Assembly (NCBI GenBank): GCA_036656055.1
Contig: JAVVOY010000004.1
Location: forward strand, 12,841 to 76,840
Direction: 5' to 3'
DNA: 64,000 bases
Source of the DNA: Bacteroidales bacterium
GTDB taxonomy: Bacteria > Bacteroidota > Bacteroidia > Bacteroidales > G3-4614
The notes under the pieces are model-generated. The model was not told the DNA's origin and ran no database searches. It was given only the letters and a program-made list of their open reading frames with translations. Position numbers and translations under genes: made by a program. This document shows positions 18,588 to 28,711 of this stretch, piece after piece; position 1 is the stretch's first letter; each line of letters starts with the position of its first letter.

Positions 18588-19685
18588 ATGATTTTAGAAA
18601 ATTTATCTTTGCTCAATTTTAAAAATATCTGCGGAGCGGATATATCTTTTTCGAGAAATATCAACTGTTTTCTCGGTAATAACGGTATGGGAAAGACCAA
18701 CCTCATGGATGCCGTTTATTATCTCTCTTTTTGCAAAAGTAGCTCTAATATTCCTGACTCGCAGATTATACGGCACGGTGAGCAGATGCTTATGCTTAGA
18801 GGCAGTTATCTTAACATTGGCAATGATGAGAGAACAGAGATACAATGTGGTGTAAAACTTCATCAAAGAAAGGTTTTTAAACGTGACAGAAAGGAGTACG
18901 ACAGATTGTCGGAGCATATCGGGTTTATCCCCTTGGTGCTTGTTTCTCCTGAAGATAATGAGCTTGTACGAGAAGGGAGCGATATACGCCGACGATTTAC
19001 TGATCAAACTTTATCACAGTTCGACCGCGAATATCTTGTTGCGATTATGGCTTACAATAAAGCTCTTGCTTCGCGCAATGCCATGCTTCGCAGGGAGGAG
19101 AGTGAGGATGCTTTATATGATATTCTTGAGGAACAGATGACCTCTTTGGCTTCTATTATACACAAACGCAGGGAGGATTTTATTAAAGATTTTGTCCCTG
19201 TTTTCAATAATTTTTATTCGGGCGTTAGCGGTGGTAACGAAAATGTATCGCTCTTTTACAAATCTCACCTTAACGAGGGTGAGCTGCTACCGCAACTTAG
19301 GGATGCGCGCAAGCGGGATATAGCTGTTGGCTATTCTACCCGTGGAATACATAAGGATGATTTGGATATGGTAATGGACGGTTTCCCGGTAAAGAGATTT
19401 GGATCACAGGGGCAGATGAAAAGTTTTTCGATAGCACTGCGATTTGCACAGTTCGATTTTCTGAAATCGAAAGGGGGAAAGACTCCTATATTGCTACTGG
19501 ATGATATTTTTGATAAACTTGATGCAGGAAGGGTGGAACGTATAATGGAGATTGTTTCAGGTACAGGCTTTGGTCAGATATTCGTAACAGACACCAATCG
19601 CAAGTATCTTGACGGAATAGTACGCAAAACCGGTGGTGATTACAAATTATTCAGCGTTAATAACGGTGATATAAAAGAGATATAA
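18588..19685 (+). CDS. recF: DNA replication/repair protein RecF
   Basis: Walker A GNNGMGKTNLMDA, ABC signature SQGQMKSF, Walker B ILLLDDIFDKLD. I prefer the ATG at 18588 (MILENLSLLNFKN..., the typical RecF N-terminus) over the track start at 18519. Confidence 0.93.
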   Translation: MILENLSLLNFKNICGADISFSRNINCFLGNNGMGKTNLMDAVYYLSFCKSSSNIPDSQIIRHGEQMLMLRGSYLNIGNDERTEIQCGVKLHQRKVFKRDRKEYDRLSEHIGFIPLVLVSPEDNELVREGSDIRRRFTDQTLSQFDREYLVAIMAYNKALASRNAMLRREESEDALYDILEEQMTSLASIIHKRREDFIKDFVPVFNNFYSGVSGGNENVSLFYKSHLNEGELLPQLRDARKRDIAVGYSTRGIHKDDLDMVMDGFPVKRFGSQGQMKSFSIALRFAQFDFLKSKGGKTPILLLDDIFDKLDAGRVERIMEIVSGTGFGQIFVTDTNRKYLDGIVRKTGGDYKLFSVNNGDIKEI

Positions 19686-19975
19686 TGAGGCATAAAGAGA
19701 CGTTACATATAAGCGAGATTATTCCCGGCATCCTCAAGCAACAGAGAATTGATGTAAAACTTGATGAAACTGCTGTTGCAGGTGGTTGGGAGGGAGTAGT
19801 GGGATCGCAGATGTCATCTTACACAAAGAGTGTGTATGTTAGGAACGGAACGCTTTATGTTGAAATGACTTCATCGGTAGCAAGGGGCGAACTCTCTATG
19901 AGCCGAAATATTATTATCGACAAACTTAATGGTCTTACGGGACACAAAACAATAAACAATATCGTTTTTAGATAA
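19685..19975 (+). CDS. DUF721 domain protein (RecF-associated small protein)
   Basis: 96 aa. Overlaps the recF stop by 1 nt. Size and position match the DUF721 genes that follow recF in Bacteroidota. Confidence 0.7.
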   Translation: MRHKETLHISEIIPGILKQQRIDVKLDETAVAGGWEGVVGSQMSSYTKSVYVRNGTLYVEMTSSVARGELSMSRNIIIDKLNGLTGHKTINNIVFR

Positions 19976-19981
19976 TTTAAA

Positions 19982-20422
19982 ATGGATTTAACAACATTCA
20001 AACACAGGGTTAAGGTGCAACCTCGCTTTAACGACTTTGATATAATGGGGCATGTCAACAACGCACTTTACTTTGCTTATTTTGATATAGGTAAGGTTGG
20101 CTATTTTGAAACCGTATGGGGAAAATATATAAATTGGCGCGAAGTCGGGCTTGTAGTTGCCAGGATTGAGAGCGATTTCATCTCTCCTGTGGTAATGAAT
20201 GAACCTATTACGGTTCTTACTGCCGTAACTAAAATAGGGAATAAAAGTCTGACATTCTCGCAATGTATAATAAATTCTACGTCTAAGGAGATCAAAGCTT
20301 CATGCGAAACGATTATGGCCGGATTCGATATTGATGCAAACCGAACAGACTCTATCACATCTAAATGTATCGAAGCTATATCTACTTATGAAGAGAGGGG
20401 ATTCAATCGAGTAAAGAAGTAA
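19982..20422 (+). CDS. Acyl-CoA thioesterase, hotdog fold (4HBT/YbgC-like)
   Basis: 146 aa. N-terminal catalytic region RFNDFDIMGHVNNALYFAYF is typical of 4HBT-class thioesterases. Confidence 0.8.
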   Translation: MDLTTFKHRVKVQPRFNDFDIMGHVNNALYFAYFDIGKVGYFETVWGKYINWREVGLVVARIESDFISPVVMNEPITVLTAVTKIGNKSLTFSQCIINSTSKEIKASCETIMAGFDIDANRTDSITSKCIEAISTYEERGFNRVKK

Positions 20423-20450
20423 CTTGAACGTTATCTACCTGAATAGTCTT

Positions 20451-21542
20451 TTATTTTATATCGCTTAAAACCGATTTGAAATATGGGTCCCCATATATGG
20501 CATTTGAGATATAATCCGGGCTCACCCATGTGTATTGTGGATTTATTTCGTAACGTCCTTCTTTATTTATAAAGCCGTAATATACCCCTATTTTTACAAG
20601 TGCCAACTCGCCAACAAATGGGTACGCCTCGTCAAACTGCCTCTTTATCTGCACCTTTCCTGCACGATTGACATATCCCCATCGACCATCTATCATAACA
20701 GGAGCAAGCTCTGATACATAAAACGGATAAATACTCTTATATTCAGGTTTTATTATCCATTTCCCGCTATTATCGCACCATCCCCATACCCCTTTTTCTG
20801 ATGCCATATAGATCTCTCCATCCGGAACAAGGTTTTCATATACAGGTTTAACCTTATATTGCCCCTTTTTGTCTATTACGCCATACCTATCGCCGGTACG
20901 TACAACCGCCAAACCTTCTCTGAACGAGGATGCTTCGTCATAAAGTGCAGGGATAATCACCTCTCCGGTTTTGTCAATATATCCCCATTTGCCATTCATA
21001 TCTTCTACCGATGCGACCTCTTCACTAAAACGAGTGGCTCCGTAATAGATTGGAGGGACAATTTTTTTACCACTCTTTGAGACAAACCCATAACGTAATC
21101 GGCGACCTTCTTTTACTGAGAAACGTGCCAGTTCTTCATAAAATATCTCCACCTCAACGGCATCACGTAATGTAAATTTCAATTCGCCTTTGCGATTTAT
21201 CATGCCCGGTGCATCGCCTTTTCGCACAACCCAAGCTACTCCGTCTTTAAAAATAGAAACATTTTTATAGACATTGGAGAGAATAAACTCGCCTGAACTG
21301 TCGATAAATCCGTAACGACCTCCGTTTTCAACTATTCCATAGCCTTCGCGTATTAGCGATGCCATCTGGTAACGACCTGTAAATAATGATTCTCCGTCGG
21401 TATTTATATAGATTGTGCTATCGGAATCTGAAACTGGTATCTCACTAACGACAGTCATTCTGTCACTCTCTCGGCTGCACCCGACATGAATAAGAAATAT
21501 ACAGGTAAGAACGGTAGCCGAGAGCCAAAAGCGTTTACTCAT
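20451..21542 (-). CDS. WG-repeat (KWG-type) lipoprotein
   Basis: At least six repeats of the G-x-(W/Y)G-(F/Y/V)-(I/V)-(D/N) type: GRYGFID, LRYGFVS, GKWGYID, DRYGVID, GVWGWCD, GRWGYVN, VYYGFIN. Preferred start is the ATG at 21542, giving lipoprotein-like signal MSKRFWLSATVLTCIFLIHVGCS. The track start at 21602 adds 20 unlikely residues. Confidence 0.85.
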   Translation of the reverse strand: MSKRFWLSATVLTCIFLIHVGCSRESDRMTVVSEIPVSDSDSTIYINTDGESLFTGRYQMASLIREGYGIVENGGRYGFIDSSGEFILSNVYKNVSIFKDGVAWVVRKGDAPGMINRKGELKFTLRDAVEVEIFYEELARFSVKEGRRLRYGFVSKSGKKIVPPIYYGATRFSEEVASVEDMNGKWGYIDKTGEVIIPALYDEASSFREGLAVVRTGDRYGVIDKKGQYKVKPVYENLVPDGEIYMASEKGVWGWCDNSGKWIIKPEYKSIYPFYVSELAPVMIDGRWGYVNRAGKVQIKRQFDEAYPFVGELALVKIGVYYGFINKEGRYEINPQYTWVSPDYISNAIYGDPYFKSVLSDIK

Positions 21543-21598
21543 ATCAAAGCCTTTTTTTATTTTATATTTATCTAAAAAAGTGAATCTTTGGTTGATTT

Positions 21599-22549
21599 TC
21601 AAATGGTCTGAGATTTTGTATCAGATATTGAATAGGTATCTACATGGCGGTTCAACTTATCTTCAAAGATATCATTAATGGTTATAAGTATTCCGGTCTC
21701 TTCTACATTGCCAAACTCATCGTTTACTGCCGTGCCAAACATCTTCATTGTCGGAGAGAGCCCCATATAAGCATTGACTAAGGGTGGAATACTAAATCCT
21801 GTCTCCCGTATATTAGTGTTAAGTATCTTATAATCTTTCTTAAAATCGTTACCACAGAAAATTTTTCGCATCATCTCCTCATCTATCCCTGTCTTTAGTG
21901 GATTTTCCGGCCATACTAAATTGTCTTTGTCAGGAAAATATTTGTTCAGAAAGTAAAGGATCATATTACGTCCTTCTATTGAATAGGATGGGTACATTGT
22001 CACTTTCCCGAAGAAATATTGTATCTGTGAATACTTTACCATTAAAGCTCCTAAACCGTCCCAAAGGTTATCTAAGGCAAAAAGCCCTTTCGTGCCGGCA
22101 CGTGAGGATTGATATTCGAGGGTCACAAATGAACGTCCTAACTCTATCGTATGTGGAAGGTAATTGTCAATAAATGTCTGCGAAAAATTGAACATATGTG
22201 CTGTTGCAATTCTTGGAATTTCCGGCTTTTCAAATCTAACATCTTCTCCGAGAATGTATCGATAACCACCAAGTATCTCTTCTGCGTCCGGATCCCAGAC
22301 AAGCAATTGGCTACATGGAGGCTCCATAATATCATATTGGTCGATATCTATGGATTTGCCTGTTCCTCCTCCAGCATGACGGAACGCAGCTTCACGCAAC
22401 CGTCCTAACTCCCGCATTGTATTTGGAGCGCCTTTTGCAGTAATAATATAAATTTCATTATTGCATTTGCGGGTATGTCGCAGAAAACTCTCTTCCGTAA
22501 GCTCGGATTTTATGAGTTCTTTATCTACTTTGGGTATTATATTCTCCAT
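21599..22549 (-). CDS. glsB: N-acyl amino acid synthase (OlsB/hemolysin-like GNAT; glycine-lipid N-acyltransferase family)
   Basis: 316 aa. OlsB-family core LGRLREAAFRHAGGGTGKSIDIDQYDIMEPPCSQLLVWD. Lies immediately downstream of a PlsC-type acyltransferase, as in the Bacteroides glsA/glsB (choA/choB) pair. Confidence 0.7.
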   Translation of the reverse strand: MENIIPKVDKELIKSELTEESFLRHTRKCNNEIYIITAKGAPNTMRELGRLREAAFRHAGGGTGKSIDIDQYDIMEPPCSQLLVWDPDAEEILGGYRYILGEDVRFEKPEIPRIATAHMFNFSQTFIDNYLPHTIELGRSFVTLEYQSSRAGTKGLFALDNLWDGLGALMVKYSQIQYFFGKVTMYPSYSIEGRNMILYFLNKYFPDKDNLVWPENPLKTGIDEEMMRKIFCGNDFKKDYKILNTNIRETGFSIPPLVNAYMGLSPTMKMFGTAVNDEFGNVEETGILITINDIFEDKLNRHVDTYSISDTKSQTI

Positions 22550-22560
22550 AAGAGATCTAT

Positions 22561-23352
22561 TTATTGCTTATTTTTGAGTGCGTAAACCTGACTCCGAACT
22601 TCTTGTGCCCACTCCTTTGGCGTTTTGCTATCATCGAAACTCTTCCACGATATTGGTTTGCCAAAATATATATTAAACGTTTTATTGCTCGCCTTAAACA
22701 TTTCGTCAGGAAGATATATCAGTTCTATATTTAATTTTATACCTAACATCTTGCGGATAAGTGCTAGACGATAAAAGAATTTAGAATTTTGTCCATCGAA
22801 ATATATAGGAACTATATCCCGTTTATATTGAACGGCACTTGTTATAAACCATTTTTTCCATTCCGGATCCTGAATAACCCCATTAAAACGCCGGGAACAA
22901 AAACCTGCCGGAAAAACTATTATCTGATTATCTGAATCAAAGACCTCTGTCAAATTCTTTGAAAGCTCTTTCGTCTGCCCTCCGTAACAGTTAACCGGAA
23001 TAAAAACAGAAGTCAAAGGAGTTACATTCATAAGCAGATCATTGACCTGTACTTTAATCTTTCCTCCGTAAAATTCACCTAAAAAAGAGGTCAGCAATAT
23101 TCCGTCAAGCCCTCCAAGCGGATGATTACTAACAAATATACAACGCTCTTCTTTCGGCAGATTCTCTTTCCCGTTTATTTTCCAATCTACGTTAAAAAGC
23201 GACTTGCAAGCTTTAGCAAAAGCCACCCCAGACAAATCACAACTCTCTTTCAAAAAATCATTTAGCTCATCTTGATGAATAACTCTTTTAAGATAGCTAA
23301 TAATAAACCCCGGAAATCTTTTTCCTTTCCGGAATTTACTCTTCACAACCAT
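22561..23352 (-). CDS. glsA: Lysophospholipid/PlsC-family O-acyltransferase (glycine-lipid O-acyltransferase family)
   Basis: HX4D motif NHPLGGLDG and FPAG-type motif IVFPAGFCSR. Preferred start is the ATG at 23352 (MVVKSKF...), because a TAnnTTTG box lies inside the longer track ORF that starts at 23487. Confidence 0.75.
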   Translation of the reverse strand: MVVKSKFRKGKRFPGFIISYLKRVIHQDELNDFLKESCDLSGVAFAKACKSLFNVDWKINGKENLPKEERCIFVSNHPLGGLDGILLTSFLGEFYGGKIKVQVNDLLMNVTPLTSVFIPVNCYGGQTKELSKNLTEVFDSDNQIIVFPAGFCSRRFNGVIQDPEWKKWFITSAVQYKRDIVPIYFDGQNSKFFYRLALIRKMLGIKLNIELIYLPDEMFKASNKTFNIYFGKPISWKSFDDSKTPKEWAQEVRSQVYALKNKQ

Positions 23353-23403
23353 TTCTATATCAATCCGTACAGGTTTCACCACAGTATTATATAAAAAGAT
23401 AGG

Positions 23404-23411
23404 CAAAAATA
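23404..23411 (-). promoter_or_regulatory. Bacteroidota -7 promoter box (TATTTTTG on minus strand) for the acyltransferase operon
   Basis: Plus strand CAAAAATA; the reverse complement fits TAnnTTTG. About 52 nt upstream of the ATG at 23352. Confidence 0.5.
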
Positions 23412-23658
23412 CTATTTTTATCTCTTTTTGAATAGAATTATACCTGCTTTTTTTACGCAACAATATATTATTTTGCATTTTAAGCAATAAAGCTGTTGAT
23501 TATGCGACACTTACGGCTAAAAAAACATTTTTTATTATCAACTTGTAGTAAAACTACATACCTGTTGAAAAAATGACCTGTTATTTAAACATATAAATAA
23601 TTTTTTATGCTAACTTTAACCGCTAAATTCAAATCTGTTTATTTTTTACAAACAATAA

Positions 23659-24564
23659 ATGCAAAACCCTGTATATCACATACCTGCACTTCTTGAGGAG
23701 AGTATTCACGGTTTAAATATAACCGAAGGTGGAACTTATGTTGATGCAACTTTCGGAGGAGGAGGACATTCAAGGGCAATTCTTGAATGCTTGAGAGATG
23801 GTAGACTATTCTCTTTTGATCAGGATGAGGATGCTGAAAAAAATATATTAGACGACAAAAGGTTTACCTTTGTACGTGGAAACTTCAGGTTTCTGCGCAA
23901 CTTTATGAAATACTATGGCGTGAAGCGAATTGACGGACTTATTGCAGATCTCGGAGTTTCGTTTCACCATTTCGATGAAACGGATAGAGGATTTTCATTC
24001 AGATTCGGAGGGAAACTGGATATGAGGATGAATCAACAGGGGGGGAAATCGGCAGCTGATATAATAAACACCTACGATGAAGAGAGATTGGCCTCTGTAT
24101 TATACATTTATGGAGAACTTAAGAACTCACGTAAAATAGCATCGGCTATCGTAAAAAGGCGCTCGATTGAAAAAATTACAGATACAACAGCCCTTATTGA
24201 AGTCGTTTCCCCATTCATAAACCGTAAACAGGAAAAAAAGGAGTTGGCGCAGCTATTTCAGGCACTAAGAATTGAAGTTAATGACGAGATGGAAAATCTC
24301 CGTACACTTCTACTTCAGTGTACGAAGTTAATGCAATCAGGTGGGAGAATTGCAATCCTGACTTACCATTCATTAGAAGATAGGCTTGTAAAAAACTTCT
24401 TCAGGTACGGAAATTTTGAAGGAAATGCAGAAAAAGATTTTTTTGGAAAGACAAACGCTCCTTTGCGTCAAATTAACAATAAGGTTATCGTACCGACAGA
24501 AGAAGAAGTTGAAAGAAATCCGCGTTCAAGAAGTGCAAAGTTACGCATAGCAGAAAAAATTTGA
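23659..24564 (+). CDS. rsmH: 16S rRNA (cytosine1402-N4)-methyltransferase RsmH (MraW)
   Basis: 301 aa. SAM-binding DATFGGGGHS, then DLGVSFHHFD and NPRSRSAKLR near the C-terminus. Confidence 0.96.
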   Translation: MQNPVYHIPALLEESIHGLNITEGGTYVDATFGGGGHSRAILECLRDGRLFSFDQDEDAEKNILDDKRFTFVRGNFRFLRNFMKYYGVKRIDGLIADLGVSFHHFDETDRGFSFRFGGKLDMRMNQQGGKSAADIINTYDEERLASVLYIYGELKNSRKIASAIVKRRSIEKITDTTALIEVVSPFINRKQEKKELAQLFQALRIEVNDEMENLRTLLLQCTKLMQSGGRIAILTYHSLEDRLVKNFFRYGNFEGNAEKDFFGKTNAPLRQINNKVIVPTEEEVERNPRSRSAKLRIAEKI

Positions 24565-24578
24565 ACAGGCGACAAGAG

Positions 24579-25061
24579 ATGAAAGAGGACAAAGAGACAT
24601 CAGAAGAAGTTATAGAAGAGACAACGGGACAACGCACAGAAGAGAACGCCGAGAATACCGCAGTCGCACCAGATACTGACCATGATAGAAATGATTGGAA
24701 ACAGTTCAGGGAGGACTTATTGACCGTGCTCAGAATCCTTAATCCCAAAAATATATTTTCAGGCAGGATGATATCAATAGACTTTATTCTGCACAGATGG
24801 AAAACTCTCCTGCTTATCTTTTTTGTACTGATGTTTTATATTTCAAATCGCTATTCGTGCCAGCAAAAAATTGCAGAAATAGGAGAGTTAAGAAAAGAGG
24901 TTGAGGAGATAGGATATAAATCGTTAGATATGTTCTCGCGACTTAAAAACTTGCAACGCGAGGAGGCTGTTTTAAAAACTGTACAGGATAACGGGCTTAA
25001 TTTGTCTTACCCACAAAAGCCCCCATACGTAATTACATACAAGAGAGATGGCACTGAGTAA
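24579..25061 (+). CDS. ftsL: FtsL-like cell division protein
   Basis: Acidic N-terminus, single TM helix WKTLLLIFFVLMFYISN, short coiled-coil region. The position between rsmH and ftsI is conserved. Preferred start is the ATG at 24579; the track uses a TTG at 24561. Confidence 0.75.
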   Translation: MKEDKETSEEVIEETTGQRTEENAENTAVAPDTDHDRNDWKQFREDLLTVLRILNPKNIFSGRMISIDFILHRWKTLLLIFFVLMFYISNRYSCQQKIAEIGELRKEVEEIGYKSLDMFSRLKNLQREEAVLKTVQDNGLNLSYPQKPPYVITYKRDGTE

Positions 25062-27165
25062 ACATTCGGTAATATTATTTAAATATATCATCATATCGGC
25101 ATTCATATTGCTGGTATGTATAGCCATAATATCCAATATGTTGCGCATTTCAATTATTGAGAGTTCACAATGGCAGCAGAAAGCCGATTCACTTAAAACT
25201 TCAAATATAAGGATGCGTGCACTCAGAGGGAATATACTCTCTTGCAATGATGAAATTTTGGCAAGTACTATTCCTGAGTTTAGCCTGTTCTTAGACTTCA
25301 GAGTTGAAGGGTTAGACGCAGACACTCTGGAAAAATATATCAAACCACTCTCCTGTGCCCTTGCAGCAAAACTTGGAGAGAAGAGTGCGGCAGAATATGA
25401 AAAGAGAATTCGCGAAGGGCACAAAAACAAAACAGGACGGTTCAGAATATGCCGACGGAAGGTCTCATATCTTGATTATCTGGAGGTAAAAGAGTTTCCT
25501 TTCCTCTGTAAAGGAGAGAATAAAAGCGGTTTTTTTACAGAAAAGCGCATAATACGCATGAAACCGTTTGGACCGGTAGCATCGAGGACCATTGGTCGTC
25601 TTGCTGACACGGGAGGCGTATACGGTATCGAACAGGCTTATAACCTACAACTTAAAGGTAGAGACGGGATTGCCGACAAGGAGAAAGTTCGCAATACATG
25701 GGTGTACAGAGAAAAAATATCGTCTATTTCCGGAATGGACATAAGAACAACTCTCGACCTCAGAATACAGAGCATTGCCGAACAGTCGATACTAGATAAG
25801 CTCAGAAATATAGACGCAGATGCCGGGACAGTAATAGTTATGGAGGTTTCAACCGGAAAAATAAAGGCAATAGCCAACTACTCGCGAAAAACAGAAGGGG
25901 TATATGGAGAGTCGCGCAATAATGCAGTAGCGGATATGGTGGAGCCCGGATCTACATTCAAAACCATATCAATGATGGCAGCATTAGATGATGGAGTTAC
26001 AACTCCAGACGAAATATTTGATGTTGGTTGTGGCGTTTTAATGTACGGACGAGCAAGGATGACAGACCACAACTACAAACACGGAGGATACGGCAAAATA
26101 ACCGCAGCACAGGCCATACAGTTTTCATCAAATATAGGCACTGCCAAAGTTATATTAAAAGGGTACGAACGCAGACCATCAGCTTTTGTCGACCATTTGA
26201 AGAGAATGGGAATATGCGATTCGGTAGATTTCAAAATGCAAGGGCAGGGGTATCCGCGAATTCCACATCCTAAAACATTCAAAGGATGGAACAACACTAC
26301 TCTACCATGGATGTCATTCGGATACAATGTACAGATCCCCCCCATATATATCCTCATGTTTTATAATGCTATTGCTAATGGGGGAAAAATGATTTCACCT
26401 ATCTTTGTAACAGATGTATTATGCGATGGCAAAATAACCGAACATTACAACTCAACAGTGATAAGAGACTCAATATGCAAACCTAAAACTTTACGCGAAA
26501 TAAAACAGATGCTTACGGACGTAGTGCAATTAGGTACAGCAAAAACACTAAAGTCGCCATACGTAAAGATTGCGGGTAAAACCGGTACGGCACAGATATC
26601 ACAAGGGGCAGCAGGATATAAAGGGAGCAAAACACAGCACCGCGTATCATTCTGCGGATATTTTCCTGACGGAGACCACCCTAAATACTCCTGTATTGTA
26701 GTAATTACAAATCCGAGGATAGGGTATCCATCTGGAGGGGGAATGTCAGGAATGGTGCTTAAAAGAATTGCAGAACAGATATATGCCCAAGGATACTTTG
26801 GAAAACCCATGATACCAGAAAAAGATTCTGTAAATTCATTTTACCCAAGAGTTAAAAATGGGCGAGCCTCTGCAATTAAAACCGCCTGCGACTCTTTCAA
26901 AATACCCTACCATATATGCGATGAGACAAAAACTGAATGGGTTACTACCAATCAAGGAGAAAAGGGGTTAGAACTCACACATGTGGCGAAAAGGACAAAA
27001 AGTATTCCTGCCGTAACAGGTATGGGTCTTAAAGATGCTCTGCTACTTATGGACAGGACAGGAATGAAAATTAAAATAAACGGACGAGGAACAGTGTACG
27101 AACAGATACCGGTAGCAGGCTCCACTGCTACTCCGGGCGAAACGGCAATATTGAATTTACATTAA
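25048..27165 (+). CDS. ftsI: Penicillin-binding protein 3 (FtsI-type transpeptidase) with C-terminal PASTA domain
   Basis: 705 aa. TM anchor. Transpeptidase motifs STFK, SSN and KTGT. C-terminal 54 aa [54 protein letters not shown] fit the PASTA pattern. Confidence 0.95.
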   Translation: MALSKHSVILFKYIIISAFILLVCIAIISNMLRISIIESSQWQQKADSLKTSNIRMRALRGNILSCNDEILASTIPEFSLFLDFRVEGLDADTLEKYIKPLSCALAAKLGEKSAAEYEKRIREGHKNKTGRFRICRRKVSYLDYLEVKEFPFLCKGENKSGFFTEKRIIRMKPFGPVASRTIGRLADTGGVYGIEQAYNLQLKGRDGIADKEKVRNTWVYREKISSISGMDIRTTLDLRIQSIAEQSILDKLRNIDADAGTVIVMEVSTGKIKAIANYSRKTEGVYGESRNNAVADMVEPGSTFKTISMMAALDDGVTTPDEIFDVGCGVLMYGRARMTDHNYKHGGYGKITAAQAIQFSSNIGTAKVILKGYERRPSAFVDHLKRMGICDSVDFKMQGQGYPRIPHPKTFKGWNNTTLPWMSFGYNVQIPPIYILMFYNAIANGGKMISPIFVTDVLCDGKITEHYNSTVIRDSICKPKTLREIKQMLTDVVQLGTAKTLKSPYVKIAGKTGTAQISQGAAGYKGSKTQHRVSFCGYFPDGDHPKYSCIVVITNPRIGYPSGGGMSGMVLKRIAEQIYAQGYFGKPMIPEKDSVNSFYPRVKNGRASAIKTACDSFKIPYHICDETKTEWVTTNQGEKGLELTHVAKRTKSIPAVTGMGLKDALLLMDRTGMKIKINGRGTVYEQIPVAGSTATPGETAILNLH

Positions 27166-27179
27166 AAAAAATAAAGACA

Positions 27180-28637
27180 ATGAAGATTTGCGATTTAATC
27201 AAAGGGGTAAAGGTTTCCCGCTGTGAAGGGACACAAGAGAGGGAGATATGCGGAATAGACTCCGATTCGCGAAACATAAAGGAGGGCTATCTATTCATTG
27301 CTGTACACGGAACAACAACCGATGGGCACACATTTATTGATGATGTCGTAACATCTGGTGCAACTGCTATTGTTTGCGAAGAGTTGCCGGAAACATTAAA
27401 CAAAAACATAACCTACATAGTTACACCTGATACAAGACAAGCATTAGGCGAAATAGCATCCACATGGTTCGGAAATCCCTCATCACAACTAACCCTTGTA
27501 GGTGTTACCGGAACAAATGGGAAAACAACCATAGCAACCTTGCTCTACGAAATGTTTAAACTCTTCGGAGAAAGAGTAGGACTTCTATCTACTGTATGCA
27601 ACTACATCAACGACAAACCTATTCCCTCAACACATACAACACCTGATCCTATCTCTCTAAATCTACTTCTCAACGATATGGTTAAAGATGGATGTCGATA
27701 TGTTTTTATGGAGGTGAGTTCACACTCTTCAGACCAAAGGCGTATTGCAGGCTTAAAATTTGATGGCGGAATATTTACAAATCTCACTCGCGACCACCTT
27801 GATTATCATAAGACCGTGGAGGCCTACATGAAGGCTAAAAAGAGATTCTTTGACTCTTTGGGACGCAATGCTTTTGCCCTTACCAATATAGACGATAAAA
27901 CAGGGAGTGTAATGCTGCAAAACTGCAAAGCACACAAACACAGCTATTCGTTAACATCAATGGCCGATTTCAAAGGTAAAATAATAGAAAGTCGCTTAGA
28001 TGGTACAACAATGGAGATAAATGGCAGGGAAGTGGAAACTCTGTTTGTAGGAAAGTTCAACGCATATAACCTGCTCGCCGTATACGGTGCAGCCAGCCTA
28101 TTGGGTATGGAACAGGACGAGGTACTGAAAAAACTCTCTATGCTGATTCCTGTATCCGGACGTTTCCAAACAATTCTTTCGCCCGGCGGTATAACCTTTG
28201 TAATAGATTATGCACACACACCTGATGCTGTAACCAATGTACTGAGTTCTATAAAAGAAGTTTTACGCGATAAAGGTAAAATAATAACAGTTGTAGGCGC
28301 AGGCGGGAACCGTGACAAGGGGAAACGACCAATAATGGCTTCGGAAGCAGCAAAATTCTCAGGAGAAGTGATACTGACTTCAGACAATCCGCGATTTGAA
28401 GAGCCAGAAGATATAATCAAAGAGATGCGCGCAGGGTTATCGCCCGAGCAAGAGAAAAGGACAATCTCTGTTACAGACAGACGCGAAGCTATCCGCCTTG
28501 CCGTAAGACTTGCAAATAAAGGGGATGTCGTTCTTATTGCCGGCAAAGGACACGAGGATTATCAAGAAATAAAGGGTGTTAAGCACCACTTTAACGACAG
28601 AGAAGAGGTTGAGTCCGCATTTAAGGATATAAATTAA
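27180..28637 (+). CDS. murE: UDP-N-acetylmuramoyl-L-alanyl-D-glutamate--2,6-diaminopimelate ligase
   Basis: 485 aa. P-loop [10 protein letters not shown]. The TSDNPRFE segment (DNPR motif) is consistent with meso-DAP specificity. Confidence 0.96.
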   Translation: MKICDLIKGVKVSRCEGTQEREICGIDSDSRNIKEGYLFIAVHGTTTDGHTFIDDVVTSGATAIVCEELPETLNKNITYIVTPDTRQALGEIASTWFGNPSSQLTLVGVTGTNGKTTIATLLYEMFKLFGERVGLLSTVCNYINDKPIPSTHTTPDPISLNLLLNDMVKDGCRYVFMEVSSHSSDQRRIAGLKFDGGIFTNLTRDHLDYHKTVEAYMKAKKRFFDSLGRNAFALTNIDDKTGSVMLQNCKAHKHSYSLTSMADFKGKIIESRLDGTTMEINGREVETLFVGKFNAYNLLAVYGAASLLGMEQDEVLKKLSMLIPVSGRFQTILSPGGITFVIDYAHTPDAVTNVLSSIKEVLRDKGKIITVVGAGGNRDKGKRPIMASEAAKFSGEVILTSDNPRFEEPEDIIKEMRAGLSPEQEKRTISVTDRREAIRLAVRLANKGDVVLIAGKGHEDYQEIKGVKHHFNDREEVESAFKDIN

Positions 28638-28711
28638 AATAGGTTTAAATTTTATTTGATAAATCAGACCTTAAAAAACATGTTACTATAAATTTTAAAT
28701 CTACTTAGAAT

